Origin: a bacterium
GTDB taxonomy: Bacteria; SZUA-182; DTGQ01; JAFGSM01
Reading direction: 5' to 3'
Length of the DNA: 46,251 bases
Assembly (NCBI GenBank): GCA_049472355.1
Contig: JBLIRP010000018.1
Coordinates: 1-46,251, forward strand
The notes under the pieces are model-generated. The model did not search any database. It saw nothing but the letters and a program-made list of their open reading frames with translations, and had not been told where the DNA came from. Position 1 is the stretch's first letter, and every line of letters starts with the position of its first letter. Shown piece after piece: positions 9,236-18,277 of this stretch. Both the position numbers and the translations under genes were made by a program.

Positions 9236-10306
9236 ATGTCTTCGATGAGCAAAGAAAAACCTACCGCCCGGTCGTGTGTTCGATGCGGTATTTGCCTCGG
9301 CGCATGCCCCGTGTATCGCGTTTCCAGGATCGAGACCGAATCGCCCCGCGGCAGATTGGAGCTCATGAGGGCATTGGAAGAACACGACCTCACCTCATCC
9401 CCGCCCCTTCCGGCCTCCCTGTCGAACTGTCTTTTCTGCCTCCGATGCCAAAGGGGATGCCCGGCCGGGGTGGCCTTCGACCGCATCCTCTTTCAGGTTA
9501 TGGCAAGTCTCTCACCCGAGGGAGGTATGTGCGATGAAACAGCACCTTTTAAGAGATCCTTACGCCCTGTGTCCGGCCTCCCTTTTGATGCGGATGAACG
9601 CTGGATCGGCGAGGAACTGAAAGGGACCCCGAGCACGGTAGTATTTCCCGGATGTTTGGAGGGGACGGAGGAGCGGGAGCGAATGCGTGCGGGGCTTGCA
9701 AAAAAGGGGATTGATGCGGTCATTACCCCGGAAGGGATGTGCTGCGGACTCCCCTATCTCCTCAGGGGTGACCGTATGGGTGCCGAAGGGGTGGTGAAAC
9801 GGAATATGAAGGCCTTTGGCAGACTGCACGCCACGGTCATCGCCACCCCCTGTCCCTTTTGCATCGAGACATTCCGCCGTTACTATCCCTTGCTTTACGC
9901 GGGAGGGATTGATATGACATTCAAGCACTGTGCCGATCTGATACCCGTGCGGAAATCGGTGCCCGGAGCGCTGAAGAGTAAGAAAGTTGCCTATCATACG
10001 CCTTGTTTACTGGATACAAAGATCGCACGCCATCACCAAAAAATCATAGAGAAATGGACCGGCAGTGCATATGTCACGCTCCCCGAGCAGGTCTGTTGCG
10101 GCCACGGGTTTGGGTTTTCCCCTCGATGCGCGGGGCTTTCCACGGAGATATGCCGGGCAAATCTCCTCATGATGGCCGACAGGGGTGTCCAGGTCCTGAT
10201 CACGGATTGCCCTTCCTGCACCGTCCAATGGAAGGAAGGGGTGCGCAGGGAAGTCTTGGACATCGAAATAATGCCCTTGTGGAATCTGGTGCTTTATGCG
10301 GATTAG
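9236..10306 (+). CDS. (Fe-S)-binding oxidoreductase subunit, GlcF/HdrD-like
   Basis: Two CxxCxxCxxxCP motifs plus two CCG domains (MCCGLP...CPFC and VCCGHG...CPSC). Confidence 0.85.
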   Translation: MSSMSKEKPTARSCVRCGICLGACPVYRVSRIETESPRGRLELMRALEEHDLTSSPPLPASLSNCLFCLRCQRGCPAGVAFDRILFQVMASLSPEGGMCDETAPFKRSLRPVSGLPFDADERWIGEELKGTPSTVVFPGCLEGTEERERMRAGLAKKGIDAVITPEGMCCGLPYLLRGDRMGAEGVVKRNMKAFGRLHATVIATPCPFCIETFRRYYPLLYAGGIDMTFKHCADLIPVRKSVPGALKSKKVAYHTPCLLDTKIARHHQKIIEKWTGSAYVTLPEQVCCGHGFGFSPRCAGLSTEICRANLLMMADRGVQVLITDCPSCTVQWKEGVRREVLDIEIMPLWNLVLYAD

Positions 10307-10635
10307 TTGGTATAGTTATTGCATGAAATCTAATAAGATTTGGGTTCCATGGGTGTGCCGTGTACCCGCCCTGCGGCCTATGTCTCGGGGGACATTGCTC
10401 ATTCATTTTAAGAAGCAGGCCTGTGAGGGTCCGCACCGTTGGCATGATTCCATAGGGGAACCAGCGGACGCTTGAATCCTATGTAAAGGAGATATGCAAA
10501 ACAGGTCACATCATCGATGACACCATGTCATAAATCGTGTACTCCATTTCCATGAAAGGGGGGATGGGCAACATCAAAGGGCCGGCTCATCATTAAAGGA
10601 CTTAGCGTAAGACGTCTTAAGATAAGGAGAAAAAG

Positions 10636-11289
10636 GTGAAACGAGAACAGAAAGGAATTGGGGGTTTATTGATCATCGGCGCCCTGTGCGCATTCCTTAT
10701 TTTCCTCAGCCTGGCCATTCCTTCCGAATCCCAGTCATACTACGGCGGCGGGTACTATGGCGGCGGCGGGTACTACGGCGGCGGCGGCTACTATGGCGGC
10801 GGGTACTACGGCGGCGGCGGGTACTATGGCGGCGGGTACTACGGCGGCGGCGGGTACTATCCCGGTGGGGGCATGTATGGCGGCGGCGGCTACTATCCCG
10901 GTGGGAGCATGTACGGCGGCGGCTACGGTGGCTCCATGTATTCGGGTATGGGCTATGCGGGCTACGGATCTCCCGGCATATACAACTCCGGGGCCGTCCC
11001 CACGATGGGTCCGTTCGGGTATACCGGCGTCTATCAGCCCGGGTACGGGTTCTTTAACCTTCCCCCGGGAAGCATCGCGCCATACTCCGTAAGCGGCGAT
11101 TGGCTGAAGGGTGCATACAGGCCCTTTATGCCCGGGTTCTTCCAGATGTATCCGGGTTCCGGGGGCTTGACCCATACCTATGGGCAGGGACTCTCAGGCT
11201 CCAACTACCTGGGGATGTCCATTCTGGGCTCTCGCAGTGCCATCGCCGGCCTGGGCGGATTTTCGGGTATGTGGGGAGGATTCTGGTAA
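10636..11289 (+). CDS. Secreted Tyr/Gly-rich low-complexity protein of unknown function
   Basis: GTG start with AAGGAG SD, basic then hydrophobic signal peptide, YYGGG(G) repeats, third-position codon variation, downstream terminator. Confidence 0.85.
   Translation: MKREQKGIGGLLIIGALCAFLIFLSLAIPSESQSYYGGGYYGGGGYYGGGGYYGGGYYGGGGYYGGGYYGGGGYYPGGGMYGGGGYYPGGSMYGGGYGGSMYSGMGYAGYGSPGIYNSGAVPTMGPFGYTGVYQPGYGFFNLPPGSIAPYSVSGDWLKGAYRPFMPGFFQMYPGSGGLTHTYGQGLSGSNYLGMSILGSRSAIAGLGGFSGMWGGFW
10738..10923 (+). repeat. Coding tandem repeat: 7 x YYGGG(G), then 2 x YYPGG(G/S)MYGGG
   Basis: Units of TACTA(C/T)GGCGGC(GGC)GG(G/C) read directly from the sequence. Confidence 0.95.
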
Positions 11290-11330
11290 TCCGGTAATAC
11301 CGAAGGTACGATAGTACAGACAAATCAAAC

Positions 11331-11376
11331 AAGGGGGTTGCCCTTCCGTATGCGCGAGAAGGGACACCCCCTTTTT
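11331..11376 (+). terminator. Rho-independent terminator after the Tyr/Gly protein gene
   Basis: AAGGGGGTTGCCCTTC...GAAGGGACACCCCCTT stem followed by a T run. Confidence 0.75.
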
Positions 11377-11642
11377 CTCATTTATCAATTCGAGACAATT
11401 CCATAGTAATTCCCCGCATCCTTTTGGCGAGAGTGCGATCGGAGGATTGCACTCATAACCTGAGGAGATGTTGTCTATCTGAGCAAATGCACCTGCCGAC
11501 ATTTCCTGACGCGCGATTCGGAATTACGATTTTTGGGGATGGAGGTCCTTTCTTGACACCGGAGGGGCTTTGAGGTAAAAATAAGGGTTCCTGATTTAAG
11601 GAGAACCGATCATATGAAACACACATGAGCCGGATGAAACTG

Positions 11643-11684
11643 CGAATGTCGAATGTAGAATGACGAATGTAGAATGTAGAAGTG
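11643..11684. repeat. Intergenic 7-bp tandem repeat (C/A)GAATG(T/A), about 6 units
   Basis: cgaatgt cgaatgt agaatga cgaatgt agaatgt agaagtg. Confidence 0.85.
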
Positions 11685-11744
11685 AAACGCAGATGAGACT
11701 TCGGCTCACAAAGAGGCATGAAAATGCCCAATAGGGATTTTTAG

Positions 11745-13001
11745 ATGAAAGAGACCCTTGCACAGAAGATTATCAGCGAGCATTGCGGGAGGCACGTTGA
11801 GCCCGGGGAGCTGGCGGTGGTGCCCATCGACTGGGCCATGACCCAGGACGGCACCGGCCCCCTGGCGGTGCAGCAGGTGGAGCGGCTCGGATTCGACCGG
11901 GTATTCGATCCGCAGCGGGTCATCCTCTTCATCGACCATTCGGCCCCCAGCCCGCGCAAGGAACTCTCCGATGCGCACCGTCAGCTCAGGGCCTTTGCCG
12001 CAAAAACCGGTGCACGCCTGTCCGACGTGGGAGAAGGGGTGTGTCACCAGCGGCTGGTGGAGGAGTTCATCCGACCTGGTGATATCCTGATCGGCGCCGA
12101 TTCGCACACCTGCACCGCGGGAGCCCTGTGCGCCTTTGCCACGGGCATGGGCTCCACGGACGTGGCCGTGGGCATGGCGCTTGGAAAGACATGGATGCGG
12201 GTTCCTGAGACCATCGGGATCGATGTCTCCGGCAGCTTCCCGCCGGGGACCTTTGCAAAGGACCTCATCCTGCGGATCATCGGTGAGATCGGCGCCGACG
12301 GCGCCACGTATGCGGCGCTCGAATTCGGCGGGCCCGCAATCCGCAGCATGCCCATGTCCGATCGTTTCACCCTCGCCAACATGGCGGTGGAGGCCGGGGC
12401 AAAGACCGGCTTGATCGCCTCGGACGAGGTGTGCCGCGAATACCTCGAACAGCAGGGAAGGGTCGGGGATTACCGGGAGATTCATCCGGATGAAGGGGCG
12501 CGCTATCTGCAAACGCTGAGCGTGGACCTCGCTGAAATGCGTCCCCTGGTGGCCACCCCCCACCGGGTGGACTCGGTGAGCCCCGTGGAAGCGGTGGCCG
12601 GGACGAGGGTGGACCAGGTATTCATCGGCACCTGCACCAACGGCCGGATCGATGACCTGCGAATCGCCTCCCGGATCTTGCGAGGGCACCGGGTTGCCGT
12701 CCATACCCGTTTGATTGTGGTGCCCGCATCGAGAAGCGTATTCCTTCAGGCCATGGAGGAGGGTATCATGAGCGACCTGGTGGAGGCCGGAGCGGTCGTG
12801 CTCGCCCCGGGATGCGGTCCCTGTGTGGGCATCCACGAGGGTATCCTGGGGGAGGGAGAGGTGTGCCTGAGCACCCAGAACAGAAATTTTTTGGGAAGGA
12901 TGGGAAATCCAAAGGGATTCATCTATCTTTCCTCACCCGCCACCGCCGCGTACTCGGCACTCAAGGGTGAGATCGCCGATCCCCGGGAGGTGTTCCCATG
13001 A
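11745..13001 (+). CDS. leuC: 3-isopropylmalate dehydratase / homoaconitase large subunit (short, archaeal-type)
   Basis: GADSHTCT, IGTCTNGR, PGCGPCVG and QNRNFLGRMG aconitase-family motifs; 418 aa. Confidence 0.9.
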   Translation: MKETLAQKIISEHCGRHVEPGELAVVPIDWAMTQDGTGPLAVQQVERLGFDRVFDPQRVILFIDHSAPSPRKELSDAHRQLRAFAAKTGARLSDVGEGVCHQRLVEEFIRPGDILIGADSHTCTAGALCAFATGMGSTDVAVGMALGKTWMRVPETIGIDVSGSFPPGTFAKDLILRIIGEIGADGATYAALEFGGPAIRSMPMSDRFTLANMAVEAGAKTGLIASDEVCREYLEQQGRVGDYREIHPDEGARYLQTLSVDLAEMRPLVATPHRVDSVSPVEAVAGTRVDQVFIGTCTNGRIDDLRIASRILRGHRVAVHTRLIVVPASRSVFLQAMEEGIMSDLVEAGAVVLAPGCGPCVGIHEGILGEGEVCLSTQNRNFLGRMGNPKGFIYLSSPATAAYSALKGEIADPREVFP

Positions 13002-13495
13002 TAACCGGAAGGGTATGGAAATTCGGTGATGACATCAGCACCGACCTCATCGCCCCGGGACGGCTCTTCCACCTCAGGACGAATCTCCCTGAGTTGGCCA
13101 AGCATGTGCTGGAGGATGCGGACCCCGAATTTCCGAAGAAGGTCAAACCGGGGGATATCATCGTCGCGGGGAAGAACTTCGGCCTCGGCTCGAGCAGGGA
13201 GCATGCACCCCTCATCATCAAGATGGCCGGGGTGGGTGCGGTGCTGGCACAATCCTTTGCCCGGATCTTCTACCGGAATGCCATCAACATCGGCCTTCCC
13301 CTCCTTGATCTCGATACGGACCCCATCCCGGAGGGGGCGATCCTGGAGATCGACTTGATCAAGGGGAGTGTGAAGGATCGGGAGGGCGGAATCAACCTCC
13401 GGGCGACCCCGGTCCCCCCTTTTATGATAAGGATCCTGGAGGAGGGGGGGCTTGTTCCCCATATACAGAAACACGGGGATTTCCAACTGAAGTGA
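12998..13495 (+). CDS. leuD: 3-isopropylmalate dehydratase / homoaconitase small subunit
   Basis: FGDDISTD, NFGLGSSREHA, SFARIFYRNAINIG. Confidence 0.9.
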   Translation: MITGRVWKFGDDISTDLIAPGRLFHLRTNLPELAKHVLEDADPEFPKKVKPGDIIVAGKNFGLGSSREHAPLIIKMAGVGAVLAQSFARIFYRNAINIGLPLLDLDTDPIPEGAILEIDLIKGSVKDREGGINLRATPVPPFMIRILEEGGLVPHIQKHGDFQLK

Positions 13496-13561
13496 CAGCA
13501 TTCCCGGGGATGCATCCATTGTCACCGTCCCAAGAAGGCACGAACAATTAGGGAAAAGGGC

Positions 13562-14020
13562 ATAGACTGGCGCACACTGTTCATCAAGGCCGTTGCCACC
13601 GGTCTCGGGGTGGGATATCTTCCCCTTTGCCCCGGAACCTGCGGTACCCTCCTTGCCGTGGGTCTTTATTTTTTCCTCAGTCGTGTGAAACCTCACTTCC
13701 TGATTCTGGTGATCATGGCCCTGTTTTTTTTAGGGGTATGGACTGCGTCCCAGGGTGAGCTGCTCTGGCAGCGGAAGGACCCCGGGAAGGTGGTCATCGA
13801 TGAGGTAGTCGGCTACCTCATCACCGTGTGTCTTGTTCCCTTTGATCTGAAGGGTGCGGCTGCCGGGTTCATTCTCTTCCGCCTCTTCGACATACTGAAG
13901 CCCTTTCCGATACGGAGGCTCGAAGGCATTCGGGGTGGTTGGGGGATCATGCTTGACGATGCGGTTGCCGGTGTGTATGCGGCGATACTCCTGCGGGTGT
14001 TTTTGAGGATCATCGGGTAA
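13562..14020 (+). CDS. pgpA: Phosphatidylglycerophosphatase A (start uncertain, probably non-canonical)
   Basis: ATGLGVGYLPLCPGT, DPGKVVIDE, FRLFDILKPFPI, GIMLDD. The family-like N-terminus extends upstream of the first GTG (13610) towards an ATA at 13562. Confidence 0.9.
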   Translation: MDWRTLFIKAVATGLGVGYLPLCPGTCGTLLAVGLYFFLSRVKPHFLILVIMALFFLGVWTASQGELLWQRKDPGKVVIDEVVGYLITVCLVPFDLKGAAAGFILFRLFDILKPFPIRRLEGIRGGWGIMLDDAVAGVYAAILLRVFLRIIG

Positions 14021-14125
14021 TGGATACGGCACCGCCAGCAAGTGATTGCAGGGTAAATGCAATATTTAGGGAAATGCGGAAACATATTGCCGGTAATTTT
14101 GTGCAAAGGTGACGATTAGATACGT

Positions 14126-14914
14126 ATGAACCTGCTTGTTGATATCCTTTTCTATCCATGCCTTTTGGTATTGGGCCTGATCGTGGGGAGCTTCCTGAAT
14201 GTGTGCATATGGCGTATCCCGCGAGGCGAGTCAATCGTCCTGCCTGCCTCACACTGTCCCAAGTGCGGAATGCCGCTTCGATTCTACGACAATATTCCGG
14301 TGCTGAGCTACCTGCTGCTGGGGGGACGGTGCAGGGGATGCCATGAGCGGATCTCCTGGCAGTATCCCCTCGTCGAATCGCTGAATTGCATCCTGTACCT
14401 GATGGTCGGGTGGCGGTTCGGCCCCTCCTGGCCCATCATCCCCTATTGTGTCTTTGTCAGCGCCCTCATCGTGGTGACGTTCATCGATATACACCATCTC
14501 ATCATTCCCGATATAATCACGCTGCCCGGCATTGTCCTGGGTATTCTGGTGAGTTTTTTCCCCTTTATGGGGGTAAGGCCGGTTGACTCATTGATCGGGG
14601 CCGTTGCCTGCGGGGGGTGTTTTTTCATCATCGCCATCCTCAGCAGGCTCATCTGGAAACGGGACGGCATGGGCGGCGGGGATGTAAAACTCATTGCCCT
14701 GATCGGCGCCTTTCTGGGATGGCAGGGCGGGGTGGTGACCATCTTCTGGGCATCCCTCCTCGGGTCATTGTTCGGGGGGTTTCTCATCCTGATACGAAAG
14801 AAGGGGAGAAAGGACGTGATTCCCTTTGGTCCGTTCCTGTGCCTTGGGGCCTTGATCAGCCTGCTCTTCGGCCCTGAAATGATCCTGTGGTACCGCAACC
14901 TGCTGTGGCCTTAG
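14126..14914 (+). CDS. pilD: Type IV prepilin peptidase / N-methyltransferase (A24)
   Basis: GSFLNVCIWRIP, two CxxC pairs, FIDIHHLIIPD, GMGGGDVKL, IPFGPFL. Confidence 0.96.
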   Translation: MNLLVDILFYPCLLVLGLIVGSFLNVCIWRIPRGESIVLPASHCPKCGMPLRFYDNIPVLSYLLLGGRCRGCHERISWQYPLVESLNCILYLMVGWRFGPSWPIIPYCVFVSALIVVTFIDIHHLIIPDIITLPGIVLGILVSFFPFMGVRPVDSLIGAVACGGCFFIIAILSRLIWKRDGMGGGDVKLIALIGAFLGWQGGVVTIFWASLLGSLFGGFLILIRKKGRKDVIPFGPFLCLGALISLLFGPEMILWYRNLLWP

Positions 14915-15183
14915 CCCGCCTTATCTCCATTTTCCACGGATATATTCATTTTTTTCAATGCCTTCATGACCGCCTTATCGAGCATGTTGCTGAAATCGTC
15001 GCTCATCTTGTTGATATGGCCGAAGAATTCCCTGATAAAGCACGGCCTGTCAGAGTCCGAAACGATTCCCTTCCGCATGAGGCACGAGAAGATGTAGTCC
15101 GCCTTGTCCTCGAGCTTGCCCTCGGTGTTGGCAATGGGGGTCAAAATGCTCATGAGGATCTTCTTTTTGACTCTCTTGTACAT
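14911..15183 (-). CDS. Small helical protein, weakly phasin-family-like
   Basis: GGAGG SD, 90 aa; residue pattern loosely resembles PHA granule-associated phasin-family proteins. Confidence 0.5.
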   Translation of the reverse strand: MYKRVKKKILMSILTPIANTEGKLEDKADYIFSCLMRKGIVSDSDRPCFIREFFGHINKMSDDFSNMLDKAVMKALKKMNISVENGDKAG

Positions 15184-15308
15184 CCTGCACCTCCAAGGCT
15201 AAAATCCTGGTCGATGGTTCGCGTGAGCTGAACACCAATCAGACTATATTCATATCAATTCGAAAAAAAATAATCAAATGCACTGAGGATCCCGCCCTGA
15301 AATTCTCC

Positions 15309-15390
15309 ATACGGCAATTCTCACCTTGATATTGCGTCGTCGTGGGAAGAGATGGCAACTTCCGCACCGAGTTCAAGATTTGAATTGTTT
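15309..15390. repeat. Degenerate copy of a REP/MITE-like palindromic element
   Basis: 15313-15354 matches 15565-15606 at about 34 of 42 nt. Imperfect terminal IR CAATTCTCACCTTGA / TCAAGATTTGAATTG. Confidence 0.6.
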
Positions 15391-15556
15391 TCATATACAT
15401 ATAGACAGTTTTTCCCTATGCAAACTTATGAACACGGGTGATGCATCACGCTGATGCACCACCCTTTATCCGGTATCATACCATAATTTTCTGTGCGCGG
15501 AGCGGGCATGTCTGCCTGCGCTCCGTGGCTCCGCATTCGAAGTTACAACTGCTGTA

Positions 15557-15657
15557 TATACACCGGCAATTCTCATTTTGATGTAGCATCGTTGTGGGCA
15601 GACATGTCTGCCCATACTCCCCGCCCGAAGGTCCACAATGAGAATTGCCGGTGCATA
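15557..15657. repeat. REP/MITE-like element with 17-bp terminal inverted repeats
   Basis: CACCGGCAATTCTCATT (15561-15577) and AATGAGAATTGCCGGTG (15637-15653), with an internal perfect 20-bp palindrome TGGGCAGACATGTCTGCCCA (15595-15614). Confidence 0.75.
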
Positions 15658-15886
15658 CGCCCGCTTTCTTGACATCCTTTCCGCGAGTTGGTATTTATTC
15701 GATACTCACCACGGATACCAGTGTTGGGACGTCACGTCCCGAGCGAAGGTAAAAATGGGATCACCCCTGGACAATGCATGAGCAATCTCTATATCCGGAG
15801 CGGATGAGGTATACCGTATGTCGGAACGCGGGATTTTCCCATACGATACTGAGCAATTACACAATCACTGCAGAGGAGAGGACATA

Positions 15887-17017
15887 ATGGCAGACAAGAG
15901 AGCGGACCTTGCCGGACCGGGAATCGGCGACTATGCGGAGCTTGAAGGGATCCTTCCCCGAGATTACACCTCGCTTCTCAATCCGAGAGAAACACAGCAG
16001 ACAGTCTTTGCGATAAAGAACTATATCGAGGAGAATCTTTGCCGGGAACTCAATCTGATCATGGTGACGGTCCCGCTTATCGTGGATGTTGAGAGCGGGG
16101 TGAACGACTACCTGGATCGCGACGGTTCCCGCACCCCCATCCAGTTCCATATTTCGAACGACCACGAAAAGAATCCCATCGACGCCCAGGTGGTGCAGGC
16201 TGCGACCAAGTGGAAGCGCATGGCGTTGAAACAGCTCGGAATGGGTAACGGAGAAGGGCTCTGCACCGATATGCGTGCGGTGCGCAAGGACTATTTTCTC
16301 GATCACGACCACAGCGCCTATGTCGACCAGTGGGACTGGGAATTGGCGATAACGGAGGAGCAACGGAGTCTTGATTTTCTGACGGAGGTGGTACGGAAGC
16401 TGTGGAAGGTCATCAAGGGGGCGGAATCGTATGTCCAGGATCTCTTCCCCCAACTTAAGTCGGACAGGTATCCCGATCTTCCCGAAGATCTCACCTTTAT
16501 TCATGCCGAGGATATCCTCGACATGTATCCTGATATGCCCCGCAAGGACCGGGAAACCGCGATAATCCAAAAATATCCCGCCGTGTTCATCTATGGCATC
16601 GGCTGGCCCCTCCAGGACGGCTACCCTCATGAAATGCGCGCAGCGGACTATGACGACTGGATCACGGAGACCGTTTCCAAGGATGGAAGGCCGATGCACG
16701 GACTCAACGGCGATATCCTGGTGTGGAACCCGGTGACGAAGCGGCGTCACGAGCTGACCTCCATGGGTGTTCGCGTCAATGCCGAAACCCTCAAGCAGCA
16801 GCTCGAAATGGCAGGGCAGAACCATTTCCTCAAGCTGCCCTACCATCAGGCAGTCCTCAACAACACCATACCGCTCAGCATCGGCGGGGGCATCGGACAA
16901 TCCCGGACCACGATGCTCCTTCTCAAAAAGGCGCACATCGGGGAGGTCAGCGTCACCGTCTGGCCGAAGATCCTCAAGGACATGTGCAGAAAGAGGAATA
17001 TCCATGTCCTCGAGTGA
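15887..17017 (+). CDS. asnA: Aspartate--ammonia ligase (asparagine synthetase A)
   Basis: KWKR, HSAYVDQWDWE, RAADYDDW, LNGDIL, SIGGGIGQSR, HIGEV. Start set to ATG 15887 with a GGAGAGG SD. Confidence 0.95.
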   Translation: MADKRADLAGPGIGDYAELEGILPRDYTSLLNPRETQQTVFAIKNYIEENLCRELNLIMVTVPLIVDVESGVNDYLDRDGSRTPIQFHISNDHEKNPIDAQVVQAATKWKRMALKQLGMGNGEGLCTDMRAVRKDYFLDHDHSAYVDQWDWELAITEEQRSLDFLTEVVRKLWKVIKGAESYVQDLFPQLKSDRYPDLPEDLTFIHAEDILDMYPDMPRKDRETAIIQKYPAVFIYGIGWPLQDGYPHEMRAADYDDWITETVSKDGRPMHGLNGDILVWNPVTKRRHELTSMGVRVNAETLKQQLEMAGQNHFLKLPYHQAVLNNTIPLSIGGGIGQSRTTMLLLKKAHIGEVSVTVWPKILKDMCRKRNIHVLE

Positions 17018-17239
17018 CCCGGAATACCTTGCCGGCCCGGACAATTTACCAACGAGCGCTGCAGGCGGGGCATGGTATCCCGGTCAGGACAAGGAGGGTG
17101 TAACCCAGGGGCACGTCCGTCCGGCCGGGAGGTTGCCGTCTTCCCTCCAGAAAACCTCCCGGTGGTGGCGGCACGGCATGATCACTTGATACGTGATGCG
17201 CGCAGCGATTCGGACGGGACGATCTTTTGACGGGGAAGG

Positions 17240-18271
17240 TCAACGGATGAGCATTGCATCGCCGTAACTATAAAACCGGTATCCCTTCTCCACGGCCCGG
17301 CGGTATGCACTCATGATCAGATCGTAGCCCCCGAAGGCGCAGACCAGAATGAGGAGGGTTGATCGGGGGAGGTGGAAATTGGTGACCAGCGCATCCACCG
17401 CATTGAACCGGAAACCGGGGGTTATAAACAAATCGGCCCATCCCTCAAGCGGTGCAAGGGATGGGGTTCCCTTCAGGTAAATGGTTTCGAGCACCCTGGT
17501 TGTGGTGGTTCCCACGGCGACAATCCTCCGCCCAGCCTCCTTGGCAGAGACGATCATGGCATGGTCCTCGGGCCGGATGCGATAGGCCTCGCTTTCCATG
17601 ATATGCCGTTCAATCGCCTCTTCGCGAATGGGCCTGAAGGTACCCGGTCCCACATGCAGGGTGACGGCGGCAATCTCGATACCCATCCCCCGTATACGTT
17701 CCAGGAGCTCGCCGGTGAAATGGAGCCCTGCGGTCGGTGCCGCCACGGCTCCCCAATGCCTGGCGAATACGGTCTGGTAACGGGCTCGGTCCTCCGGCAG
17801 GGGATGTTCCCGCTTGATGTAGGGCGGAAGGGGAATCTGACCGTGTTTCTGGAGCACCTCAAAGAGGTCTCCCTCCACGAGGAATTGCAGCGTGCATGTC
17901 CCATCCCCCTGTTTCTCCACCACCTCGCCTGCAATGGCCCCTCCGGCGAAAACAAGTCGCTGTCCGGCGCGGATCCTCCCCCTTACCATGCAGTGCCATC
18001 TGCCTTTATTGACGGGATGGACCAGGAGGACCTCCACCCTCCCTCCCGTATCCTCCTTTATTCCGCAAAGGCGTGCGGGGAAGACCCGGGTGTCGTTCAG
18101 TACCATCAGGTCATCCGGGCACAGGAATGCGACGATGTCTCTGAATTCGCACTCCGTAATGTCGCCCGTGGCGCGGTCGACGATCATGAGCCGCGAGCGG
18201 TCTCTGACCGGGGCGGGTTTCTGGGCAATGAGTCGGGAAGGGAGGGAAAAATCGAATGCGGAAAGCTCCAT
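17240..18271 (-). CDS. queA: S-adenosylmethionine:tRNA ribosyltransferase-isomerase
   Basis: NDTRVFPARL, PLPPYIKR, AAPTAGLHF, LHVGPGTF, TNFHLPRSTL, FYSYGDAM. Confidence 0.98.
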   Translation of the reverse strand: MELSAFDFSLPSRLIAQKPAPVRDRSRLMIVDRATGDITECEFRDIVAFLCPDDLMVLNDTRVFPARLCGIKEDTGGRVEVLLVHPVNKGRWHCMVRGRIRAGQRLVFAGGAIAGEVVEKQGDGTCTLQFLVEGDLFEVLQKHGQIPLPPYIKREHPLPEDRARYQTVFARHWGAVAAPTAGLHFTGELLERIRGMGIEIAAVTLHVGPGTFRPIREEAIERHIMESEAYRIRPEDHAMIVSAKEAGRRIVAVGTTTTRVLETIYLKGTPSLAPLEGWADLFITPGFRFNAVDALVTNFHLPRSTLLILVCAFGGYDLIMSAYRRAVEKGYRFYSYGDAMLIR

Positions 18272-18277
18272 TGCTTC

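Noticed and set aside
10439..10455. Sigma54 promoter upstream of the Tyr/Gly gene (TTGGCATG...)
   Set aside because: No GC at the -12 position.
10686..11175. Arg-rich and Ala-rich alternative-frame ORFs over the repeat
   Set aside because: By-products of the GGC repeat; the SD, signal peptide and wobble variation support the Tyr/Gly frame.
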